A DNA stretch of 64,000 bases from a virus, in the IMG/VR virus record IMGVR_UViG_3300021964_000047, positions 9,208-73,207 of that record; one strand, 5' to 3'. A program made the position numbers and the translations under genes. The notes under the pieces were generated by a model that ran no database searches, was not told the origin of the DNA, and worked only from the letters and a program-made list of their open reading frames with translations. Below, piece after piece: positions 57,731 to 64,000 of the stretch. Every line of letters starts with the position of its first letter. The first letter of the stretch is position 1.

Positions 57731-57920
57731 GGTTGGTGATTTAGTGAAAATCCGCATTAGAAGGGGCAAATCCGATAGGTTTCAGGGTATCATCCTGAAA
57801 ACATGGACGGCTTATCGCTATCCCTGTCGAACACCCTACATCAATGCGATGGTCTATTGTTTCGATGGAACCGAGATCGAGGTTCCCACATGGTCTATGG
57901 AGGCTCTCAGTGAAAACTAA
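57723..57920 (+). CDS. MKVGDLV-family miniprotein
   Basis: MFKVGDLV..QGII..MEAL. Confidence 0.7.
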   Translation: MFKVGDLVKIRIRRGKSDRFQGIILKTWTAYRYPCRTPYINAMVYCFDGTEIEVPTWSMEALSEN

Positions 57921-58119
57921 ATATAACATTGGCGATCTCGTCTGGGTTTTTTATCAACAGTGGCCCAAAGAGCGAGAGATGGCCGTCATCATTGGCCAAA
58001 GAATAGGAACAAACTCACAACAGTCCGAGTATCAGGTGAATTTTATCCACAATTCGGGCAGTATGGCATGGTTCCCTAAAGGTTGCATAGAGAAGATGAA
58101 GGCACAGCCGAAAGAATAA
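57910..58119 (+). CDS. MKVGDLV-family miniprotein
   Basis: KYNIGDLV..MAVII..IEKM. Confidence 0.65.
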   Translation: MKTKYNIGDLVWVFYQQWPKEREMAVIIGQRIGTNSQQSEYQVNFIHNSGSMAWFPKGCIEKMKAQPKE

Positions 58120-58198
58120 ACTTTTTTCACTTTTTTTCTTGACAAACTGCTACTACCATGATACATTATCTACATCAACGACGAATACAGGAGAACTT

Positions 58199-58375
58199 AT
58201 GAAGATCGGTGATCTAGTCCTAGACATGTACGATAACATCGGGATTGTAACGAAAGTACACGGTGGCTATTTAGTGTATGTCGATATAGTTTTAAAACCA
58301 AAGTTTAAAAACCAATCAACACAATACCGTTTTTCCGGTTGGCACGATATCGTCAACATAAGGAGGCTCATATGA
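58199..58375 (+). CDS. MKVGDLV-family miniprotein
   Basis: MKIGDLV..IGIV. Confidence 0.7.
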   Translation: MKIGDLVLDMYDNIGIVTKVHGGYLVYVDIVLKPKFKNQSTQYRFSGWHDIVNIRRLI

Positions 58376-58542
58376 AAACAGGCGATTTAGTCAAGATAAT
58401 GACCTGTGGATCAGGCAATGAAGGCAAAGTAGCCCTTGTCCTGAACCAATACTTTTCACCCGATTGTTTCAAGATACAGATAGTCGGTACAAACGAGGTT
58501 CGTCCTTATCACATCACGAGGTTAATGAAGATATGCAAGTAG
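58372..58542 (+). CDS. MKVGDLV-family miniprotein
   Basis: MKTGDLV..GKVALV..LMKICK. Confidence 0.7.
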   Translation: MKTGDLVKIMTCGSGNEGKVALVLNQYFSPDCFKIQIVGTNEVRPYHITRLMKICK

Positions 58543-58712
58543 GAGACACAGTCAGGCTCATTGCTCTAGGGGCAAGAACCCCTCGCATCGGGATTGTTCT
58601 CAAGCGTTGGGTCTCTGTTGGCCGTGAATACGCAAGAGTAGCCACAACCGATGGTATAATAAATGTCTATACTGCCCGTCGCTTGGAGGTTATATGCAAG
58701 TCGGAGACTTGA
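58533..58712 (+). CDS. MKVGDLV-family miniprotein
   Basis: MQVGDTV..IGIV..LEVICK. Confidence 0.7.
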   Translation: MQVGDTVRLIALGARTPRIGIVLKRWVSVGREYARVATTDGIINVYTARRLEVICKSET

Positions 58713-58900
58713 TCAAAGTAAAGAAAGGCTGCTTTATGCAAGGCAAGATGGGCCTTATCATAAAACTAGGCCAAGACGCCAATGGCGATCCCCGATACTG
58801 GGTACAATTGATAGGCCCCGTCCCAAAGGCCATAGAAGGAAAGCCCATCATGTTTAGGGCCGACCGGTTTACCCTTATCAGCAAAGCAACCAAGCAATGA
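58694..58900 (+). CDS. MKVGDLV-family miniprotein
   Basis: MQVGDLI.V.KG..QGKMGLI (KOW-like). Confidence 0.7.
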   Translation: MQVGDLIKVKKGCFMQGKMGLIIKLGQDANGDPRYWVQLIGPVPKAIEGKPIMFRADRFTLISKATKQ

Positions 58901-59007
58901 TCGAGGTCATAAAAAAAGTTTATTTTTTTTCTTGACAAATAGATAGTAACAGGATACATTATCTACATCAACGGCAATTACGCCACTCTCACTACGAGGT
59001 TTACACA

Positions 59008-60237
59008 ATGTCAACATTTGATCTTGACCGCTACACTTTCAAGTTGCTGCAAGGCGAACCCTTCTTTGCTGCACTATCCCGTCGTATTCAAAAGCGACCT
59101 TCTACCGCCATACCCACTGCCGGTGTCCGTCTCAACCCAGATACCGCACAGTTCGAGATGCTGTACAATCCCGCTTTCTTCGAGAACATGACCGAGAAAC
59201 AACGGCTCGGTGTCCTTAAACACGAGTTCTATCATATTATCTTCGAGCATGTCACTGGTCGTCTCCCTCCCGATGGAATGAGCCGTATGTGGAATGTCGC
59301 CACAGACTTGGCTATCAACTCTCACTTGATGGGAGAACTGCCTCAAGGCGGCTGTTTCCCTACAATCGAGCCTTTCCAAGAGTACCCTCTTGGCCTGTCT
59401 GCCGAACGCTATTTCAGCATGCTGCAAAACGATGAGCAGTTTCAGCCTCAAGATGGCGATGGAGACGGTGACGGTGAGGGTCAAGGCTCTGGCGGTGGCG
59501 ATCCTTCCGACGGCAATGGCTCCTCCTCCGGTGGTGGTGGGGGCCTACCCGATACTCTCGATGACCATGACGGCTGGGGCGAGGCCTCTGAAGAAGTCCG
59601 AGACATGGCCAAAGAGCGTCTCAAGCAAGCCGTCGAGAAGGCTGCTCAAGAGGCCGCCAGTGGTCGTGGTTGGGGCACAGTCTCAGCTGAAATGCGAAAG
59701 CGTATCATGGATATGATCAAGCCAAAGGTAAACTGGCGATCAGTCCTACGCTATTTCATCAAGACCTCTCAAAGAGCCGACAAACGCTCAACCGTCAAGC
59801 GATACAATAAAAAGTATCGAGAACAACGCTATGCCGGAAAGAAGGTCACCCGTCATGCCAAGATTGCCGTCGCTATCGACCAATCCGGCTCTGTCGGTGA
59901 CGAGATGCTCGCTGCCTTCTTTGCCGAACTCAACGGACTTGCCAAGTATGCCGAGTTCACCGTTGTTCCCTTCGATACTGCTGTCGACGATAGCAAGGTC
60001 TATGTCTGGAAGAAAGGACAGCGTGTCGGTGTCGAGCGAGTACTGACCGGTGGTACGGACTTTGACGCTCCGACCCGATGGTGCAACGACCGCCGGTTTG
60101 ACGGGCTTATCATCCTGACTGACATGGAGGCCCCCAAGCCGATCCCGTCACGGTCGCAACGAATGTGGATGACCACACCGGACTGCAAGGAACGGTCGTA
60201 CTTTCAGACAACCGAACGGGTTATTGCCATTGAATAA
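59008..60237 (+). CDS. metallopeptidase-like plus VWA domain protein (DUF2201-type)
   Basis: LKHEFYH, WNVATDLAIN, DQSGS MIDAS, GGTDF, ILTD. Confidence 0.85.
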   Translation: MSTFDLDRYTFKLLQGEPFFAALSRRIQKRPSTAIPTAGVRLNPDTAQFEMLYNPAFFENMTEKQRLGVLKHEFYHIIFEHVTGRLPPDGMSRMWNVATDLAINSHLMGELPQGGCFPTIEPFQEYPLGLSAERYFSMLQNDEQFQPQDGDGDGDGEGQGSGGGDPSDGNGSSSGGGGGLPDTLDDHDGWGEASEEVRDMAKERLKQAVEKAAQEAASGRGWGTVSAEMRKRIMDMIKPKVNWRSVLRYFIKTSQRADKRSTVKRYNKKYREQRYAGKKVTRHAKIAVAIDQSGSVGDEMLAAFFAELNGLAKYAEFTVVPFDTAVDDSKVYVWKKGQRVGVERVLTGGTDFDAPTRWCNDRRFDGLIILTDMEAPKPIPSRSQRMWMTTPDCKERSYFQTTERVIAIE

Positions 60238-60487
60238 ATGGCAACTTTCCCGTGTGGGTCGAGGCCAAAAAAAAGTTTATTTTTTTTCTTGACAAATTGC
60301 AACTACCATGATACATTACTAACATCAACGAAACAACCACAAACAACGGAGACGCTTTGAAGATACAACGACCGCCTTACTAGGCACAATCGAAACAACA
60401 AACTTTTTTTACTTTTTTTCTTGACAACTTATTCAAAACTAGTTACATTATAAACACAACAACACAATCCACTTTGGAGCAAACACT

Positions 60488-61582
60488 ATGTCTATTGATT
60501 TCAAAACCTTCCTTTCAGTCGTAACCCACATTACCGATGCTCGCTACCCTGTTCTTATCAGAGGCCGTCACGGTATCGGTAAATCCACAGTCGTCTATCA
60601 GTATGCCAAAAACAATGGCCTTCCTGTCGTGGAGCGTCGTGCCTCACAGATGACCGAAGGTGACTTGCTTGGTCTGCCCGACCTCGATGAAACCTCTATC
60701 AAAGGTCAGAAGATCACCAAGTTCTGTGCCCCCGACTGGCTTGCTCAAGCCTGTAATGAGGCTGTTGTCCTATTCCTCGATGAGGTTGACCGTGCAACAA
60801 TGGAGGTTCGTCAAGGTATCTTTGAACTTTGCGATAGCCGCAAGATTGCGGGCCATACCTTGCACCCTGACACCCTTATCTTTGCTGCCGTCAATGGCGG
60901 TCAGCACGGTGCTCAATACCAAGTGGGTGAAATGGATCCCGCAGAACTCGACCGTTACACCGTGTTCGATGTTGAGCCTACCGTTGAGGACTGGCTTGCT
61001 TGGGCCGGAGACCGTGTCGTCAAGCCTATCTTTGACTTCATCAACAGCAACCATCAGCATCTTGAGCATAGCGATGATTACGAGCCTAACAAGGTTTATC
61101 CTTCTCGTCGCTCTTGGGAGCGTCTGTCTCAAACCCTTGCCACAGCCGGTGTCAAGTACGAACAGTCCCCTGTTATCTATCACTTGGCTCAAGGTTTCGT
61201 CGGCATGGAGGCCGCTATCGCCTTCAACGATTACCTCCGAGAGTACAAAAACGAACTCACAGTCGAGCAACTTATCAACGAGGGCCGTGCTGACGATACC
61301 AACGCTTGGGTTATCAATGAGCATACTGCAATGGTCGAGAAGATCAAGCAGTCAAAGATCCTCAATGCCGAACTGGACGGCAACCAGTTGCAAAACCTTG
61401 CTAACTACTTTGTCCGTATCCCTTCAGAGGTCGGTATGCTCCTGTGGACGGTGATGGGTGAGGGTGAACAAGCCCAAAACAACATCGTCAACTTTCATGA
61501 CATCAAGGCTCAAGATGCCGATGGTAACACGATTTCTGTACAAGAGCACATTGTCTCAGTCTTGACCGCAGGTTCAAACTAG
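60488..61582 (+). CDS. MoxR-like AAA+ ATPase
   Basis: GRHGIGKS, LFLDEVDR, AAVN, DPAELDR, SRRSW; adjacent to the VWA partner. Confidence 0.88.
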   Translation: MSIDFKTFLSVVTHITDARYPVLIRGRHGIGKSTVVYQYAKNNGLPVVERRASQMTEGDLLGLPDLDETSIKGQKITKFCAPDWLAQACNEAVVLFLDEVDRATMEVRQGIFELCDSRKIAGHTLHPDTLIFAAVNGGQHGAQYQVGEMDPAELDRYTVFDVEPTVEDWLAWAGDRVVKPIFDFINSNHQHLEHSDDYEPNKVYPSRRSWERLSQTLATAGVKYEQSPVIYHLAQGFVGMEAAIAFNDYLREYKNELTVEQLINEGRADDTNAWVINEHTAMVEKIKQSKILNAELDGNQLQNLANYFVRIPSEVGMLLWTVMGEGEQAQNNIVNFHDIKAQDADGNTISVQEHIVSVLTAGSN

Positions 61583-61716
61583 CCTGTAATCATCGGGTGA
61601 GTAGGGCCTCTACCCTACCACCCCCCTATAGGGGGTGTCCATGAGGATACTATTTAACATCGCTATGGTGGGCGTTATCTACGCTTGCTTTATTACACAA
61701 TCGCTAAGGAGGCGAC

Positions 61717-61908
61717 ATGAACAAGATCAAAATCGAACTACAACTAGACAATCAAGGGCTGGCCGACCTTCTTCAGTCAATGCTGATAAAAGGGCTACAA
61801 CCACAGGCTCAAATGGTAGCACTGGCCGCACTCGAACAAGAGAAGGTGGCGGCTGCTATCGACAAGGCCGATGAACCGAGAACAATTGGATTTAAAACAG
61901 GAGAATAG
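61717..61908 (+). CDS. hypothetical protein
   Basis: TAAGGAGG SD; C-terminal RTIGF motif. Confidence 0.6.
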   Translation: MNKIKIELQLDNQGLADLLQSMLIKGLQPQAQMVALAALEQEKVAAAIDKADEPRTIGFKTGE

Positions 61909-61911
61909 AAT

Positions 61912-62283
61912 ATGCGAAAACCCAATAACAACCATAACAATCACCCGAACCGTCAGTATCTTACAGACCGTCAGTTCCGAAAGGCCCTTCAAACCTATGA
62001 CACAAGAGGCCGTTGGATCACTAACGACCAGTGGAAGGTGGTTTTAAGGGAGGTATGGAAACGAGGTGGCCAAACCTATGGCACGGTCGTTGAGAAAGCC
62101 GATAACGGCTACCATGTCGATCTGCTCGGTGAAAGAGCCTTCATGTATTCATCGGAGGCTCACCCCGATACCGATCAACACTTGGGCGAAACACTTGTGT
62201 TTGAAATAAAGCACATGGAAACTACACAATCGAGAAATCGTATCGAGACTAACATCATTGTCACAAATAAGATTTACCAATAA
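61912..62283 (+). CDS. S1 RNA-binding domain protein
   Basis: YGTVVEKADNGYHVDLLGERAFMYSSE..LGETLVFEI resembles ribosomal protein S1 repeats. Confidence 0.65.
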   Translation: MRKPNNNHNNHPNRQYLTDRQFRKALQTYDTRGRWITNDQWKVVLREVWKRGGQTYGTVVEKADNGYHVDLLGERAFMYSSEAHPDTDQHLGETLVFEIKHMETTQSRNRIETNIIVTNKIYQ

Positions 62284-62389
62284 TGTAGTTTCAACCTCCA
62301 CAATTGGAGGTTTTGAGTAAGAAAGGGACAGGGACTTTACATAATTAAGACAGCCTCAGAGTAGCGGCATCTTGATTTGTCCCTGTCCC
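62284..62389 (+). repeat. isolated fourth copy of the ACTTTACATAATTAA element, with hairpins
   Basis: TGTAGTTTCAA-N16-TTTTGAGTAA-N13-ACTTTACATAATTAA; GGGACAGGGAC/GTCCCTGTCCC inverted repeat. Confidence 0.8.
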
Positions 62390-62475
62390 ACAGGGCAATG
62401 TAAAAAAAGTTTGTTTTTTTATTTGACAAATCATTGGTAACGGGATACATTATCTATATCAACGGAGGAAACAAC

Positions 62476-62637
62476 ATGATTACAGTAACACTCAGTAACC
62501 TACTTGCTTATTACGGTCTAGGCCTTGTCGCTTGGATGGTCATTTGCGAGATCATCCCTTTCGCTTGGCATGTTCGGGCTTTCTGCATTGCCCTTGCCTA
62601 TTGCGGCCTTCCCTTCTTACTTTGCTCATTCGCATAA
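62476..62637 (+). CDS. small membrane protein
   Basis: GGAGG SD; hydrophobic. Confidence 0.55.
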   Translation: MITVTLSNLLAYYGLGLVAWMVICEIIPFAWHVRAFCIALAYCGLPFLLCSFA

Positions 62638-62651
62638 TCGAGGTTCTATCT

Positions 62652-62822
62652 ATGTTTATTCAACTTGGCTTTGCTGCCCTATTCACCGTGCTCTCATGGG
62701 CTATCGTATTTTACACACTGAAGATTGCCGGTGTATTCTTGGCCGTTACACTTGGTTCGTCTCCAAACGAAATAGACAAATTCGAACAAGCCTGTAATGA
62801 TCGAGACAATAAAAATAAATAA
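62652..62822 (+). CDS. small membrane protein
   Basis: GAGG SD; hydrophobic N-terminus. Confidence 0.5.
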   Translation: MFIQLGFAALFTVLSWAIVFYTLKIAGVFLAVTLGSSPNEIDKFEQACNDRDNKNK

Positions 62823-62882
62823 AAAAAATACTTGACAAATAAACCTTACCGTGATACATTATCTATATCACAGGGAGATAGC

Positions 62883-63080
62883 ATGAATGATTACGATCAC
62901 CACTACAATATGATGATTAACTTTGCAGACCGTATCTTAAAAAGCATGGTCGTTACTAACAAGCCCACACCTTTGCACGGTCAAGTCGCTGCCGATATAC
63001 TTGCAGACCGTGAAAACGCAACCCAGTTTATCTCAAACCCCCAACCTAACGGTTGGGTTATCCACACTACAATCCGCTAG
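62883..63080 (+). CDS. hypothetical protein
   Basis: GGAG SD after a promoter. Confidence 0.55.
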   Translation: MNDYDHHYNMMINFADRILKSMVVTNKPTPLHGQVAADILADRENATQFISNPQPNGWVIHTTIR

Positions 63081-63183
63081 GAGACAGCATGTTTATTGAA
63101 ATGCTAGCATTTGCCTTGCTTACAGGCTCATTTGGAACCCTCACCGCTTTGGCCGCCTTATCGGCCCTTCAATAGGAGATCAC

Positions 63184-63381
63184 ATGGTATTCGAGTTATT
63201 CACAGACCTTAAAGAGGCCCGCCAGTACTGCTACAATCACAGCATGAAAGATATCAATCGCCTTGCCCTTGTCAAGTGCGGCTACCACAAGGCCGATGTT
63301 TACTATGTCATGGACAGCAAGCAATACAAAGACCTCGTAACCAACGGGTTCAAGATGGAAACGCTCTATATGTACGAGTAA
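63184..63381 (+). CDS. hypothetical protein
   Basis: AGGAG SD. Confidence 0.55.
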   Translation: MVFELFTDLKEARQYCYNHSMKDINRLALVKCGYHKADVYYVMDSKQYKDLVTNGFKMETLYMYE

Positions 63382-63466
63382 TCATCGAGGTCATAAAAAA
63401 ACTTAAAAAAAATACTTGACAAATCCTTTAGACCGTGATACATTATATACATCACAAGGAGATACA

Positions 63467-63703
63467 ATGAAAACAGGTGATTACATCGTTTATATCGGAA
63501 CCCGCTTTGCTGAACTCAACGACGTTGACGGGGTTATCTTGGGCTTTAGCGACAAAGGCGAGGCTATTATCGAATGGCGTGTTTGGGGCGATCAAGAGGT
63601 ATCCAAGTGCATGTCCCGCATGCCCTATCCTCTAGAGGATCTTCAGCCAATGACCCTCAGCAAGCCCATGAGAGACATGGCCAAGCGACAATCGAAACAA
63701 TAA
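63467..63703 (+). CDS. MKVGDLV-family miniprotein
   Basis: MKTGDYI..DGVI..LQPM. Confidence 0.65.
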   Translation: MKTGDYIVYIGTRFAELNDVDGVILGFSDKGEAIIEWRVWGDQEVSKCMSRMPYPLEDLQPMTLSKPMRDMAKRQSKQ

Positions 63704-63781
63704 ACTTTTTTAAAGTTTTTACTTGACAAACAAAACCTAACGGGATACATTACTAATACCAAGACGATCACAGGAGATCAC

Positions 63782-63985
63782 ATGAACATTTATTCAAACA
63801 TTATCAATCGGTTCTTTCAATACAAAGGTTCAACCTACAAAGTCACAGGCCATGTGGAAATGCCCGACAATGGCCCCGCCCGTCGCACGGTCGTCAATGT
63901 CGCCACTGGATCGGAAACAAAGTTATCCTATGCTCAAATGTGGGAGGTTACACCGCTTGGATACAGTATTTCAAATAAAAGTTGA
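63782..63985 (+). CDS. hypothetical protein
   Basis: AGGAG SD after a promoter. Confidence 0.55.
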   Translation: MNIYSNIINRFFQYKGSTYKVTGHVEMPDNGPARRTVVNVATGSETKLSYAQMWEVTPLGYSISNKS

Positions 63986-64000
63986 AATAATACTTGACAA

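Larger units (their letters stand above)
47217..63999 (+). promoter_or_regulatory. array of ~22 early sigma70-type promoter modules
   Basis: TTGACA at 47217, 47768, 48643, 49216, 50042, 51247, 52615, 53196, 54319, 54982, 55450, 56366, 57312, 58139, 58932, 60289, 60421, 62423, 62832, 63416, 63723, 63994; mostly TTGACA-N15-GA-TACATT followed by ACTAACATCAAC-like sequence, with upstream A/T tracts. Confidence 0.9.

Noticed and set aside
51010-58900. Classical integron or diversity-generating retroelement behind the miniprotein diversity
   Set aside because: No attC-like hairpins, integrase or reverse transcriptase were seen, and no template/variable repeat pair differing only at adenines.
60660-61454. 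264-aa alternative-frame ORF inside the AAA ATPase gene
   Set aside because: It is S/L/P/T-rich with no motifs, as expected from the codon bias of the real gene.
19910-63466. ORF-track starts at the TTG of TTGACA (19910, 32301, 58139, 62832, 63416)
   Set aside because: These are -35 promoter boxes; downstream ATGs with SD sequences are the plausible starts.
1-64000. Minus-strand ORFs in the track (e.g. 37243-37737, 41691-42137, 60770-61324)
   Set aside because: They lie antisense to well-supported + strand genes and show no recognisable motifs; treated as shadow ORFs.
1-64000. Stop-codon reassignment (alternative genetic code)
   Set aside because: Conserved genes (dnaE, nrdJ, groEL, recA) are full length in the standard code, and all three stop codons are used.
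1-64000. tRNA or rRNA genes
   Set aside because: No cloverleaf or T-arm signature was recognised in intergenic gaps by eye; tRNAscan-SE would be needed to exclude them fully.

Overview
The window is a 64-kb segment of a large tailed (T4-like/jumbo myovirus-type) phage genome, with essentially all genes on the + strand. It has three parts. (1) 1-10.4 kb: contractile-tail and baseplate module (tube, chaperone with a probable programmed +1 frameshift, tape measure, LysM, hub-like genes). (2) 10.4-46.8 kb: replication, nucleotide metabolism, chaperone and lysis genes (short PolA-like polymerase, tubulin-like protein, gp32-like SSB, RecA, 5'-3' exonuclease, DnaB, class II RNR, ThyX, DnaE, dUTPase, ClpP, GroEL/GroES-like, endolysin), interleaved with putative head-packaged proteins that share N-terminal leaders. 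(3) 46.8-64 kb: an early/host-takeover region built from about 22 near-identical sigma70-type promoter modules and about 25-30 hypervariable MKVGDLV (KOW/SH3-like) miniprotein cassettes joined by a conserved multi-function junction. Other notable signals are a fixed-spacing ~99-bp degenerate repeat (3 tandem copies plus 1 distant copy) with an invariant ACTTTACATAATTAA core, a TCGA box 31 bp upstream of the early -35 hexamers, a candidate late promoter (ACTAWTTA), and a CglF/GltF-like gliding-motility gene that points to a Myxococcota-like host. All annotations come from motif recognition by eye; no database searches were run.
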